IMG/VR virus record: IMGVR_UViG_3300007541_000021
Span: 265-64,264 of that record
Reading direction: 5' to 3' (one strand)
DNA length: 64,000 nucleotides
Origin: a virus
Lineage: Duplodnaviria > Caudoviricetes
The position numbers were made by a program, and so were the translations under genes. The notes beneath the pieces were generated by a model, which was not told where the DNA came from, did no database searches, and was given only the letters and a program-made list of their open reading frames with translations. Shown piece after piece: positions 28,105 through 41,200 of this stretch (within the stretch, counting starts at the first letter, position 1; the number at the start of each line of letters is the position of its first letter).

Positions 28105-29934
28105 ATGCAGGCTCAAAACCCGAATCCAAACCCGAATCCTTCGAATACGGGAGTCACAGGCAAAATCATCAAACAACTACAGGATGCTGTAGAAAATACA
28201 GTTGCGACTATAGGTTCTAGGGCCGCTGCTTTAGAAAGGGATTTTACAAGTTTTAACGCAAAATTTGCGTCCGAACTAGGTCAGACTCAAAAAGCTATTG
28301 TAGGTCTTCGAGAAGAACTCGCTATAGCAACACCAGGAGTCGTTGGACTGGGAGGGGATTTACAAGATGTCTTCAATATACAAGAATCTATAGCACAAGA
28401 ACTTAACACCAATCTTATTCTATTAGGAGAAACGACACAAGATTTATTCGTGGCCGCAAATGCTGTTGGGTTAAGTAGTGAAAAGGTTGGTGCAATGGTT
28501 GGAGACTTCCAAGATGCGGGTATCCAAGTTGGACTAATCCGAGATACATTACAGGAAACGGTGAACATTGCTCGATCTATCGGAGTAAATACAAATGCGG
28601 TTTTTGAAATAGTTCAGAAAAACCTTGGGTCTCTAAACGAATATGGTTTTGAAAGGGGAACCGCGGGTTTGGCAAGCATGGCGGCGAAGGCGGCAATGAT
28701 GAGAACTGACATGTCTAAAATCTTTACGTTTGCGGAAAAGGTGTTCAGTCCCGAAGGGGCAATAAATGCGGTTTCAGCTTTTCAGAGATTAGGGGTCGCG
28801 GTTGGTGATTTAGCAGATCCATTCAGATTAATGTACTTAGCATCTGAAGATGTTGAAGAATTACAGAATCAAGTCGTGAAAATGACTTCCTCTATGACAT
28901 ATTTCGACGAAAAAACTAAAACATTCAAAGTATTCCCAAATGCAAAGAGGGATTTGAGAGAAATTGCTAACGAAACGGGTATCGCCTATGATGAGTTAGT
29001 GAAGATGTCAGTTTCCCAACAAAAATTGAACATGATTGCCAAAGACTTTAGAATACAGGGTATTGATGAAGAGTCTAAAATGTTCATATCAAATTTAGCT
29101 GAGTATAACCAACAACGTGGTGGATTTACGGTAAAAATTGGTAAGGATGAAAAATTAGTGACAGAACTTACTCAAGGGGATATAGATCAGTTACAAAATC
29201 AACCTGTGACTTTGGAGGATTTATCTAGGGCACAACTTACCGAGGATGAATTACAAACCGCTTTGTTACAAAAATTGGTTGATTCAATGGCCGCTCCTAC
29301 AGCAGCATCCAGGTTAGCGACCGATCCACGAGAAATTGCTAGAGGAATTTTGATGGGAGCAACAGAGGCGACGGACAAATCAGTTGGGAACCAACGAGCT
29401 GGCATAGAATCTGTTAACCGTGCGTTGGAAAAAAATAGTAGTGCGTTAATAAATCTTATCAGTGGTGAGGGATCGTTTGCGGAGCTAGCTCAAACAGTAT
29501 CAGAGACCACAGAAGGTGTGGCTCAAGGATTTGGAAGAATTTCTGATATTTTTACAAATACGAATTGGGGTGAGTCGATCGAAAAATACACATCATCTGG
29601 AAATATAATATACGATGCTTCTGTGAAAATATATGATGCGGTATCTTCTGTCACAGAAAAAATTCAAAATTATAGTGTAGACATAGTACAACCACAACTT
29701 GAAAAATTAGAAAAGGCGGCCACCAAAACTGTGGTTGAATTTGCGGACATCAAATATCAAGGAAATTTAAACGTGACTCTAACTACTCCAACAGGAACAC
29801 CACAAGCCGTAGTGGTGACTGACCAGATGGCTTACGATCTATTTAAAAATCCTACGTTCCAAAAACAAACACAAATGGTCATTCAACAAGCTTTGTCTCA
29901 AAACAACTACGCAGCTTTACCAAACACAGCATAA
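28105..29934 (+). CDS. Tape measure-like protein
   Basis: Ala/Gln-rich helical sequence in the canonical position after the chaperone gene. Confidence 0.6.
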   Translation: MQAQNPNPNPNPSNTGVTGKIIKQLQDAVENTVATIGSRAAALERDFTSFNAKFASELGQTQKAIVGLREELAIATPGVVGLGGDLQDVFNIQESIAQELNTNLILLGETTQDLFVAANAVGLSSEKVGAMVGDFQDAGIQVGLIRDTLQETVNIARSIGVNTNAVFEIVQKNLGSLNEYGFERGTAGLASMAAKAAMMRTDMSKIFTFAEKVFSPEGAINAVSAFQRLGVAVGDLADPFRLMYLASEDVEELQNQVVKMTSSMTYFDEKTKTFKVFPNAKRDLREIANETGIAYDELVKMSVSQQKLNMIAKDFRIQGIDEESKMFISNLAEYNQQRGGFTVKIGKDEKLVTELTQGDIDQLQNQPVTLEDLSRAQLTEDELQTALLQKLVDSMAAPTAASRLATDPREIARGILMGATEATDKSVGNQRAGIESVNRALEKNSSALINLISGEGSFAELAQTVSETTEGVAQGFGRISDIFTNTNWGESIEKYTSSGNIIYDASVKIYDAVSSVTEKIQNYSVDIVQPQLEKLEKAATKTVVEFADIKYQGNLNVTLTTPTGTPQAVVVTDQMAYDLFKNPTFQKQTQMVIQQALSQNNYAALPNTA

Positions 29935-29975
29935 AAAAATTCATATTATCCTATTTATAGTAATACGTAAAAAGG

Positions 29976-32900
29976 ATGCCAAGTAGCTTATCATTTGCAG
30001 CAACAAAAGCAATAAGAGAAAAATTATTGCTCAGGAATTTGAAACCATATTCCAAACCAGGTGTGTTTGCTCCTCAATCACAGCCAGCTACAGGTGAATT
30101 ACTCCAAAATGATTTTAATGTACTAGACTCCCCCGATGTCTTAATTGATGCTAATCCATTTGTGAATGTCTTAGGGGTAAAAAATGAATTTGGTCCGTAT
30201 GGTGGATACAACACAGATATTTCGGGACTTATATCTACTGCGCAAAATACACCGAATCAAGGACCCTACGGTTCATATCCTCCTTACACAGACGCCTTAG
30301 AGTTATATTCAGTAACGTTTCAAAAACGTCAATATATCAAAAATGAATATACCCCCGATATTGGATATATTCGATACTATGATATCGGTGATATTATCAA
30401 AGAACAAAAAAACGCGACTTATTGGGAACCACCTAGTTTCAGACCTTCCTTATATTCACCATATTCCATTTTATTACAAGAAGATCCTGCAGGTGATTCA
30501 GGTGTTGTTTCACAAGATTCTCGAATGATGCAAATTGCTGCGGAGAGAGCAAAATACAGTTTCCAACAACGAGTAAATCAAAATGTAAGATCAGAAACGA
30601 TTGGTAGAGTAAACATTTTGAATGGTCTTCAGGACCCTGTAAATTTATCTCAAATATTGGCAGGAAGAAGACCAATTATAGATAGAGATTGGAAAATCAC
30701 TTCAGGTGGTGGAAATATTCTATCACAAGGTCAAGATATTGTACAAAGAATTGCGGGATTTACATTACCGTTCTCACCAATTCCAGGGGATTATTTTGAA
30801 CAAGATAATATACAAAGAGATTTTGATACCACACAATCTTTAGCACAATCACAAGGTGGTTTGACAGCAAGAATTGTTGGGGGTCTTTTTGGATTACGTG
30901 GTTCAAGACCTAAATCCCCTTCACAAGTATTTTTAGACTACACAGGTGCAGGTCAGAGAGCACAACTCACCTCAAACTTAGATCTCAACAGATATAGACC
31001 ACAATATAATACTGGTGGAACGGGAATAATTTCGGCTTTGGGTAACGCCATCAGAGCGGCATTTGCATCGGATAACGGTGCGGGGTTGTATTATGTTGGA
31101 AGTCCCGAAAGAGAACCAAATTATTTGGTATCTCCTCCTGGTGAAGTACCAATTGATCCATTTGGACAACAAGTGCTAGCACCTGTTTATGGACCAGATA
31201 TATTGGGTAAAGAATATGAGGGTGTAGATCAGAATTTTCAATTTGGTCTTGCTGGTAGGGCATTTGAAGATGATGGAAGTCTGTCGGGTGGATTCACATG
31301 GGTAAATGGAAAGTGGGCACCAAATTCGGGAAGAAGACAAAAACCAGGTGGTGATTATGGGTTGGAAGATCCGGATTATCCACTGATTTCGGGACCATTT
31401 GAAGGTACACAATCCATTAATTATTCTTTCAAACAGGGGTCCATTATGGACGACACCCAAAGATTGGTAGATTCAGTACCAAATACTGGTGCAAGATTTG
31501 GACACGTAGGTAATGCTATTGATCAGACTTCCAAAGTATTCTTTGATGGTTATAAGGAAATCACCAAAGGTTCTCAAGTTATCAAATATTCCGATGGCCA
31601 AGAAAATGTGGGAATAGAATATTGTAGAATTTTTACCAAAGATACTCCATATTACACTTTTTCCGATCTTCAAAAATATGAAGGTAATATCAGAAAGTTC
31701 AAATATTCTATTTTGGATTCAACGTTCAATTTGAATATCAGCCCCACAAAGGGTGAAGACTCAACCAATATAATAGATGGAAAGGTTACCAAATACATGT
31801 TCTCAATCGAGAACTTAGCTTGGAGGACTGGTAGTCGTCCTGGTTTTAGATACAACGACCTTCCGTCCTGTGAAAAAGGTCCCAACGGGGGTAGAGTTAT
31901 GTGGTTCCCACCATATGATTTAACCTTCTCTGAGGATACGACGCCAAGTTTCAATGAAACATCATTCTTGGGAAGACCTGAACCGATTTATACATATAAG
32001 TCAACACAGAGAAGCGGGAATCTGAAATGGAAAATAATTGTTGACCATCCGTCTATTTTGAACTTGATCGTTCAGAAAGTTCTCGCCAACGAAGGGGACA
32101 GACCAAAAGTAGACTCAATTGTAAATTCATTTTTTGCTGGATGTAAAAAGTATGATATATACGAACTGGCAAAAATTTATAACACAATCCCAATGACTGA
32201 GTTACAAGCATGGCAAGAAGTTATTAATAATCCAAAGACTACCAACGAGCAATATAAAGATGCGGTGAATTTCTTACAGGGAAATGAAACTGTGGTTCCT
32301 ACAGGTGGGGGTACGGGTCCTTCAGCTTCCGAGCAGATATCTGCAGACTTTTTGGTTGCATATGAAAAAAATGGATTTTACTTTGATAATGACATTCCAG
32401 GTACAAACCCTTCATTGACAACGTCAACAAACTTTCAGGATACCTATAACACTTATACTTCAGCATCCAACAAACAAGTCTATCAGAGCAGGGCTAATCA
32501 AAAAACTGGTGTAGAATTATTTTTCCAAGACACCGTAGAACAGAACTATGCCCAAATTCAAGAATTAGGTACCAAGATTTACAATATTTTGGAACAAAAA
32601 CAAGCACAGAAGATCGTTGTTGATCTAATTGGTAGTGCTTCATCTCCTCAAACAGTTGAGTACAACGAAAAATTATCTTCGAGAAGAATTTCTTCCGTTG
32701 AAAACTTCTTCAACTCTTTTCAGTTCCCTGGAGGTAAAAGTTTAAAAAAATTCATTGATGAAGGTAAGGTTGTTTTTACAAGAAATCCACAAGGAGAGCA
32801 GAGTCGTGCAACCCCTAGAGCTGGAAATATTACGTTGGGACCATTCTCATGTACACAGGACCTTACAGGTAATGACAAAATATATTCCGTTGACGCCATG

Positions 32901-34901
32901 GCTTGTAGAGCGGTCATTGTTAATAAAATTACAATCGAACCTGTTATCACACAACCCGAACCTAACAACGTTGGTGTTAGTGCTCAACTATTAGAGGACG
33001 GAAAAAAAATACAACCTGAAAAACCAGGAACCGGCAATACCCAAGCGTTACAACAACCGACACAATATTTGTACAAAGGAGCGTCTAAGAAATTATTAAG
33101 ATATCTTTTGAGTGAATGTGATTACTTCGAAGTTATGAAAGTGGCGAATCCATTCATCTATGATTCTATCAAAGAAAAAATTAAGTACTTCCAACCGGCA
33201 TTCCACTCTATGACCCCTGAGGGTTTAAATTCACGTCTAACATTCCTACAACAATGTACTAGACCTGGAGATACAATTCCAACAATAGGTCCTGATGGTG
33301 AGAAACTCTATAATGACGCCACAAATACTGCGTTTGGAGCACCTCCGGTGTTGGTTCTTAGAATTGGTGATTTCTACAACACCAAAATTATTCCAAAGAG
33401 TATTAATTTCACCTACGATAAAACTTTTGATATGAACCCCGAAGGAATTGGTTTCCAACCCATGATTGTGGATGTGTCTATGAGTTTCAATTTTGTTGGG
33501 GGAATGGGTCTCAAAAATCCGATTGACACGTTACAAAACGCATTGTCATTCAATTACTACGCCAACACTGAAATGTATGATGAGAGAGCCGAGGCAACAG
33601 AAGATACTACTAAGTTGGACAAAGAAATAATTCAAGCAATTCAAAATCAAACACCTGTTGTTGGGGCTAAAAATGTTCAAAACGGTCTTTCTACTGATGG
33701 TGGTAATACCATAGGTACACAGTCCGTAACAGGTCAAACTTCTTCAGGTGTAACAGGAACATTGAGTTACAAAACATTTATGGACGGAATGGTTGATCAA
33801 ACCAAGGATTACTTCAATGCCGGACTTATATATTTCGAGAATATTTTGAATAACTACAACTACGGTATCCTATCACTTGTAAATGATACTTCAGGAAAAA
33901 ATGTTGGGTATAACACAGGTGTTATCAACGGAAACACAACGGCAATTATTGGTAAGAGTTTACAAGTACAGAAAAATCTTGATAACTCCTTTACAAAACT
34001 AATTTCGGCGATTGATGGAAATGATATACCTATTTTTGATGACAATGCATTCAAAAATCCAATGATTACTGTTGCACAGAAAAGATTGTTCAAGAAAAAC
34101 TATAAGGATTTCATCAACACTTACAAAAACAATTTCGCCGATGGAATATCCGAAAATATTTCTACTGTGGTTCAGAATCAACAAAATTTGGTATTCAATT
34201 TTGACAGGTTGAATTTCCTATTAGCAGGACCTGCAGCAACTAATGGATATGATGGAAAGGTTAATAAACAAAATATTGCGGAAATCTTTATAACTACAGG
34301 AACGACCGAAACATTCAACGGAAGTCCGGTGAATACATATACCCAATTGGGTGTTGATGCAACAACACTTGCTACAAACATCAACGATTATGTTACCCAA
34401 CTTCAGAACGCTGAAATTTATGTAGGAAATGCCTACGACAAATCATCAGGGGCTTACACTCCACCACCAAGTGAGAATCTCACAAACACACTGTTACCTA
34501 CCGATGATGCAAAATTAGAATATATGATGATGTCTAAGGCTATGTTACAAGGTAACAAACAAAACTTCTTAAACGCTTTGAAGACAGGATTAGATCAGGC
34601 GACACAAAATGCTGTAGATTTCTATTATGATGGATTGGGTAACGCATCGTCAAGGTATAGTGTATGGAAAAAAATATACGATCAAAACAAAACTTTGATT
34701 CCTACCTTCAAAACTTCCACAGTTGGGTTATCTTTTGTTGAGTATACACCATCCTTTGGTAAAACACAAGAAAGGGTTACAATATTTGAAACTACATTGA
34801 CGGCACCAAACAACATAAAGAATACCCTCCAAAATATCTATTTGGCCAAGAATGACACATCACAAATAAACCCATACAACTTCAAGAGAAAGTTCAACTA
34901 A
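29976..34901 (+). CDS. Large baseplate/tube-initiator-like structural protein with an OmpA-C-like segment
   Basis: FLGRPEPIYTY..TQR and PPVLVLRIGDFY tube-initiator-like motifs; GSASSP...YNEKLSSRR OmpA-like motif. Confidence 0.55.
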   Translation: MPSSLSFAATKAIREKLLLRNLKPYSKPGVFAPQSQPATGELLQNDFNVLDSPDVLIDANPFVNVLGVKNEFGPYGGYNTDISGLISTAQNTPNQGPYGSYPPYTDALELYSVTFQKRQYIKNEYTPDIGYIRYYDIGDIIKEQKNATYWEPPSFRPSLYSPYSILLQEDPAGDSGVVSQDSRMMQIAAERAKYSFQQRVNQNVRSETIGRVNILNGLQDPVNLSQILAGRRPIIDRDWKITSGGGNILSQGQDIVQRIAGFTLPFSPIPGDYFEQDNIQRDFDTTQSLAQSQGGLTARIVGGLFGLRGSRPKSPSQVFLDYTGAGQRAQLTSNLDLNRYRPQYNTGGTGIISALGNAIRAAFASDNGAGLYYVGSPEREPNYLVSPPGEVPIDPFGQQVLAPVYGPDILGKEYEGVDQNFQFGLAGRAFEDDGSLSGGFTWVNGKWAPNSGRRQKPGGDYGLEDPDYPLISGPFEGTQSINYSFKQGSIMDDTQRLVDSVPNTGARFGHVGNAIDQTSKVFFDGYKEITKGSQVIKYSDGQENVGIEYCRIFTKDTPYYTFSDLQKYEGNIRKFKYSILDSTFNLNISPTKGEDSTNIIDGKVTKYMFSIENLAWRTGSRPGFRYNDLPSCEKGPNGGRVMWFPPYDLTFSEDTTPSFNETSFLGRPEPIYTYKSTQRSGNLKWKIIVDHPSILNLIVQKVLANEGDRPKVDSIVNSFFAGCKKYDIYELAKIYNTIPMTELQAWQEVINNPKTTNEQYKDAVNFLQGNETVVPTGGGTGPSASEQISADFLVAYEKNGFYFDNDIPGTNPSLTTSTNFQDTYNTYTSASNKQVYQSRANQKTGVELFFQDTVEQNYAQIQELGTKIYNILEQKQAQKIVVDLIGSASSPQTVEYNEKLSSRRISSVENFFNSFQFPGGKSLKKFIDEGKVVFTRNPQGEQSRATPRAGNITLGPFSCTQDLTGNDKIYSVDAMACRAVIVNKITIEPVITQPEPNNVGVSAQLLEDGKKIQPEKPGTGNTQALQQPTQYLYKGASKKLLRYLLSECDYFEVMKVANPFIYDSIKEKIKYFQPAFHSMTPEGLNSRLTFLQQCTRPGDTIPTIGPDGEKLYNDATNTAFGAPPVLVLRIGDFYNTKIIPKSINFTYDKTFDMNPEGIGFQPMIVDVSMSFNFVGGMGLKNPIDTLQNALSFNYYANTEMYDERAEATEDTTKLDKEIIQAIQNQTPVVGAKNVQNGLSTDGGNTIGTQSVTGQTSSGVTGTLSYKTFMDGMVDQTKDYFNAGLIYFENILNNYNYGILSLVNDTSGKNVGYNTGVINGNTTAIIGKSLQVQKNLDNSFTKLISAIDGNDIPIFDDNAFKNPMITVAQKRLFKKNYKDFINTYKNNFADGISENISTVVQNQQNLVFNFDRLNFLLAGPAATNGYDGKVNKQNIAEIFITTGTTETFNGSPVNTYTQLGVDATTLATNINDYVTQLQNAEIYVGNAYDKSSGAYTPPPSENLTNTLLPTDDAKLEYMMMSKAMLQGNKQNFLNALKTGLDQATQNAVDFYYDGLGNASSRYSVWKKIYDQNKTLIPTFKTSTVGLSFVEYTPSFGKTQERVTIFETTLTAPNNIKNTLQNIYLAKNDTSQINPYNFKRKFN

Positions 34902-34902
34902 T

Positions 34903-35223
34903 ATGCAAACTTACTACAACAGATACCAACAGTTTTTTGTCAATGGAGAACAAACCGTAGTTCCGTTCATTCCATTACCATCGAAAACCACTGACCAAAG
35001 ATATGTTTATAGAGTTGGTATTAGTAGATTAGATAAAGTATCTCAGGAGTTTTACGGAACACCTTTTTTCGGTTGGTTGATCCTCCAAGCCAATCCTCAA
35101 TATGGAGGGTTAGAATGGAATATACCAAACAACTCTGTGTTGACAATTCCATTCCCACTTGTATCATCATTACAAGATTATAAAAATGGTGTAGACAACT
35201 ACTTCTTCTATTATGGCCGATAA
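34903..35223 (+). CDS. Baseplate wedge/tail X-like (gp53/LysM-like) protein
   Basis: RLDKVSQEFYG...WLILQANP...IP....L.IP pattern. Confidence 0.7.
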   Translation: MQTYYNRYQQFFVNGEQTVVPFIPLPSKTTDQRYVYRVGISRLDKVSQEFYGTPFFGWLILQANPQYGGLEWNIPNNSVLTIPFPLVSSLQDYKNGVDNYFFYYGR

Positions 35224-38200
35224 TTTAGGAAATAACAATAATATTTTTGTTGATTTCGACTGTCAAAATATCATTTTGGTTGACCCAAACAAAACACAAA
35301 ATGATAACGGAACAGTATCGGAAAGAAAACTTGCGCACGAAGATTTGGTTATGTATGCCAATCTTGAGGCTCGTGTAATTCCCCGAACGAAGTTAGCCGT
35401 AGGTGCCCCAATTTCGGATGCCATTAGAAACGTACCGTTAGCCTCGATGAACTTTTTGAGACCTGGTGGAAGAACACAGCTCAGAAATGATTATTTGGAT
35501 GAGATTACAGGACTCAATTCACAGAGTGGTAAAGGAACCAACCAACCAAGTAGAAGTAACATACAACAAGAAAATAAAACGGATCAGTTTTACATATCCC
35601 AAAACGTAATTAATCCTTTGGATACAGGATTGTTGGGAATAGAATCAATTAGAATAAAGAACACAAGAAGTGCAACCCCCACAGTCGAGATGACACTTAT
35701 TGACACTCAAGGAAGAGCGTTGTTTGAGAAGGGGGAGAACTCAGAATATGCAGCATTCTTCAACTTACCTTATCCAATCTTTTATTTAACTCTCAAGGGT
35801 TATTATGGTAAGGCGATAAGGTACCAACTTATCCTCACAAACTTCTCAGCGGCATTTGAAGGTAACACAGGAAATTACAGGATCAATTTGGTATTCTACG
35901 CTTACAAATATACCATATTAGCCGAAACACAAGTCGGAGCGTTGTTTGCCCTTCCTTACATGTACTCTTCAGATTTCAGAATTCAGAGTACAGGTCAAGA
36001 ACCCCCTGCGGTACAAGCGGCAAGAGCCTCGTTAGGAAATGACAAAGCCACCACTCAGACTGTAAGATCCACACGTGGATATTCAGCGATCAAGAACATG
36101 TATGCTCGTTACAAATCTGCAGGATTGATACCGGTTGATTTACCTGAGTTATCTATACCTGAGTTGTTAGCTCGTTTGGAATTACTACAAAGAAACATTA
36201 TTACAGGATTTGGTCAAGTGGACTTTAGCCCTTTATCGGACATTCAGAATTACAACAAACTTTTGGTGGACCTGTATAATGACGTGTATTCATCAAATGA
36301 AAACTCATGGTATTCAAGGTATATTGATACTCAAAATATTTTTGTTTATAAGTCAAAAGTTGATGACACTCCTTCGAATGAAGAACCTGAGGAGTTGTAT
36401 GTTTATTTGTTCAAAAATAATATTGCCTCGGATACTCAAGCCAGTGTCAATGCGTATACCCAACTTAAACAGATCGTAGATTCCTATAAGACCGCTTTGG
36501 GTAAAAACCCAACCTTGGGTTTGAATGGATCATTTACGGTGGGGGATATTACAGATGATTCTTCCAAAATTACTTCTATTAATAAATTGGTTGTCATAAA
36601 TCCCTCTAATAGTGTGGATCAAAATAATGCGGTTATTGAAGACACATTCAGAAAGGCTATAAGTGTAAATGATATTGATTGGGAGGCAACTTATTTAGCT
36701 CGAAACAAAAGAGAAGGTTCTCCTTTGGAAGTCTTAGATTTGAAGACTAAATCTGCGAGTTTATTTAGACCAACCCAAACTAATTTGGGGGATACGGCGG
36801 CATTATATCCAACCTACAATTTCGTATTTGATGGTAAAAATAATTTCAACGGATTATTTCAACAACTTACCAACGAAGTTAACAAACAAAAGGAGAAAGT
36901 TGTTGTTGCGTTAGGAAAGTTTTTGGAGAAAAAAATAGAGGGTCCGAATGGACTTGGTTTTAGACCGTCGTTGAGAAACATAATGGCGATGATTTTTGCC
37001 TCTATTGAGGGGTTCTTTTTATTATTGGATGATGTCCACACGGACGCTTGGGGTCAGAGATTGAATAAGAAGAGGAGACAGGCAATTTTTAATCCTACTG
37101 TGGCATCAGCAAGTCCTGACACAAGTCAGTTGACTCCTACGACAAGTGTTCCTAGTCTGGCTAACGAACCTGTATACCCATGGCCTCAATATTTGGTTAA
37201 CACAAATGCTGCAGATGATGAACCATTCGAAATTAGATACCCCGGTGAACCAAGTCAAATTGCAATAACTGGTGCTAATGATTATGTTGCTTGGCCTGAG
37301 GTAGAATTTGTTGAGGAGTACATCAAGGGACTTGCAAAAACTTTGGATGCACCACCATCACCGAATGGAAATGCGAATTTATCACGAACTATCACTAGAT
37401 TGTCAGTAAATGCTGTGGAATTTCCTATGACAAACTTCCCATATTCTGATTATCAAAATGTGAAGTTTTTATATGAAATTTATGAAAGGGTTTTATTGTC
37501 TGCTTATTGGGACAGACTATCTAAAGGACAACAAGAAAATTTCGAAATTTACAAGACCTTGTCTGATATTGAAAACGTAAACATTCAAACCGCTCTATTG
37601 GGTGCGAGTCCACAATTAACAAAAATCTTGAAAAACGTGGCGTTATCTCCAGTGAACTATTTGGATGTTCTTAGAAATTCATCTAACGATGGAACAGGGC
37701 CGAGTTGGCAACAATTGATTCGTGGTATTTTCACATCAGAATATCTAAGAGCCATAACAGCCAAGGATTATGGAATATTGCCAAACACCACGTTTTCGAA
37801 TTCATCCGATTCAACGAGCCAAGATGTTGATTCACTTAATAAAATCCGAGATTTTATAAAAGATTCAAAGTCGAATCAAACAGACATTGCCGATTTATAT
37901 CCATTTGTTGATTCAAATTGGACAAAATTTAATTTATCGACCTTCACGACAAGTTCGGATCCTTACATCACAACAAAGAGTCTCTATGTAAACGAAACTA
38001 AAAAGTTTATAACAAACTTCCAAAATGGTTTGTCACAGAATGAAAACAGACCTTTCACAAGCGGAGAATATCTAACTGTAAATCTTCCTGAGTTAGAAAA
38101 TGTAAACGGTCTAAATAAAAGTTTCGATAGTTTTTACTTGGAACGAACAATTTCTGGTGATTATTTGGTGACGGAAGGACCGATCACATATACAAATAAA

Positions 38201-41200
38201 ACAGGACGACTTGTTCCTGAACAGACAACGTCGATGATGAATACTCCATTTTTTATCAATGCAATAGATGATGCTGTAACAAGACAAAAAGGTGGTGACA
38301 ATCAGGCTTATGTTGTTCCAGCATATCTGTTTTTGAATTCTCTTCCGTTGAGTACACTTAGAGAAAAGTATAAAAATGTAACGCCAACACAAAATACTGA
38401 TTTGGATTACATTTTTGCAACGATGACAAAGTTCGGAGGTATTCACAAACTTCCGTATGCTTGGGTGTTGAAGTATGGCTCAATATGGCACAGATATAAG
38501 AAGTGGATTGAAACATCTACAGATATTCTTAATCCTGTATGGAACAATATAAACTATTTTGATTTGTATGATCCGATCACTCAAAACCTTCAGAAACCAT
38601 ATAATTTCCAAAATCAAAAAAATAAATCTGTAGGTATTGTAGGTCAGAATAATTTGACTGTACCTGGAATTACAAATTCTACGATGAACGTTGGATTTTA
38701 TCCAAAGCTGATAAATAACTATTATTATATTTTTACAGGTCAAGATTTATTTACAACATATTCAGATGCTGAAATTCAGAGTGCTGTAAGTGAAGGATTA
38801 AACGTTGGTAACATACCGAAAAGTTCGATTGAACTTCCTTTGGGATTTGATAATAACGCACCAACAAGAATGTTGAACTTCAGAACATGGTACGTCAGTT
38901 TCAATTCTAAAGATTCTGCAAAATTTAATAGGTTAACTCAAAACCAAACAATTATTATTCCATCATTCGCAAGTAATGCCAACCAAGTTTCTGAAGAATG
39001 TTTTAAAAATTCACCAACAGGAAAAACCCTTACTCAAGAAGTTTTCAACAACACCGCGATTTATGATGGTTCTGCAAGAACTTTTTGGTCATCACCAAAC
39101 TATGGTTATTTTGAACTTCCAAGTATCACGAAACCAAATTATGATGAATACTTTAAAGAAATTCTTCCCAATACAACCAATAATAAGCCTTTTGAATTAC
39201 AAACCGATTATAGTAACATTGAAGAAATTTTCGGTGTTTTGAAAAAAGAGATATTGGATGAGTTTGAAACCGAGTTTTTAAATTTCTGTTCTCCTCAAAC
39301 TGATAGTAGTTTAGATTTTTCTATCTTGGAAAATAAAAACTTCCAAACTATGTTCCAAGAAATGATGTCAATTGATGTTGTTGACAACCAACTTCCGTAT
39401 GAAGACTACGTGAAAAAAGTTGGTGCTTTACAAGCTGAAAAAATTACAAACACAGTTAGATCATTCTTGAATTATGATATTGCCTTAAAAATTGGAAACC
39501 CAAGTAATTTTGATAGAAGACTTTGGGGTAGTTTTACCACGAATCCTTCTAATAAAGTGTTTGATGGGTATACATGGAACGCCTACACAAGTGGCACTTT
39601 ACCTACCCAAGGTGGATCAACAACTCTTGCAGTTTCTATTTCACTAAATCCAGCAGCGTGGAGAAACATGTATACTTATGTAGGTTTTGGAACCACACCA
39701 GGAATTCAATATAGTGACAACGGTAGTTACTACACCGACTTCTTTGTGGATTTAAATATAGAATTTACCGAGGAAAACGTTCAAAATTTTGCTCCATTGA
39801 TAAAAATATATGGTACACAAAAATTATTGGCCGACGGAAACTATACTTCAAATGATTTTACACAAGCAATCAATAATTACTATACCGACAATGATAAGTT
39901 CATAAGTCAGATTTTAACTCAATTATTCTTTAGTTTACAGAAACAATTACCAAACGTTGAGCAGACCAATGAAAAACCAATTTTATCGGCTTTAGATGGT
40001 AACCAACAAAAGATAGATTTTTGGGAGTCATTCAAAGCATTCAATGATAAATGGATTGCAGGTGGTGAATTCAGAGAGAGAACTTTATTTCAAGATGTTC
40101 TATTTTTGGATCGTGCTAATAGAGATATTGGTGATACTGTCTTGATGGATGTCATAAAACTGAAAGAATTCTTATCAGGATCTACAGTTACAAATGCGAG
40201 GGTTATTGATTTTGTAAGTAAAATTTTTGTTGACAATAAATTCCAAATGATGCCGATGCCGGCATATATCAACTTTTGGGGTGTTGGTGAAGTTGTAAAC
40301 GGTCAACGACCTAGAACGGAAACTAGTCAAGATATGGCGAATTCCTTATTTGGGACATTTTTGGATGTTGATTACAGAGAATCTTCACCAAAATTGGTTT
40401 GTTACTATGTTGGTAAACCATCCGAACACTTAAATTTTAGAGCAAACGAGAATTACAAATGGAGATCAGATTCATTTGATTTCGATTGTGGTGGTGATAA
40501 TCCAATATACGCGGATATGGATGAAAAAACGGATTTTGCTAATTCAAATAAAGTGGTAGGATTTAATGTTGATTTTGGAACAAGAAACCAAGGCATTTTT
40601 TATAGTATTCAATTAGACCAAAATGGAGCCGCAGCAACCACAGAATCGAACAGAGTTGTTACCGATGTTGCCCTTACTGCGGGTGGGAAACGAGCCACAT
40701 CTCAAAGTGTATCATTATTCAATTATTACAAAGTAAGAAGTTATGAATGTCGTGTAGAGTCCTTGGGGAATGTTATGATACAACCTACAATGTACTTTAA
40801 TTTACAACGTGTACCAATGTTCTATGGACCATACATGATACAGTCAGTTGAGCACGTAATACAACCTGGCGACTTCAAGACGTTCTTTACTGGTATGAGA
40901 ATGCCTGTTGCATCAATTCCAAAGATCACTGAACAACTTGTTAGTTTGAATGAAAATTTACTCAGCGAATTAGTTCAACAAGTACAAAGGCTTAAAGAAA
41001 CTGATGCACAGACAGTATCCAATAATGTAATTTCTGTGGGTAATTCAATTAGAAGTAATCAAGTGTTCGCTGCGGCTTCACCGGCAAGATGTGTTGCAGA
41101 CATGCAAGTTGCAAATATTAGGTATAGAAATTACCAAGGGATTGAAACAACTAAACGTGAAATTACATTCTCAGAGTTGGCAACAAAGATTAAGAGTAAA

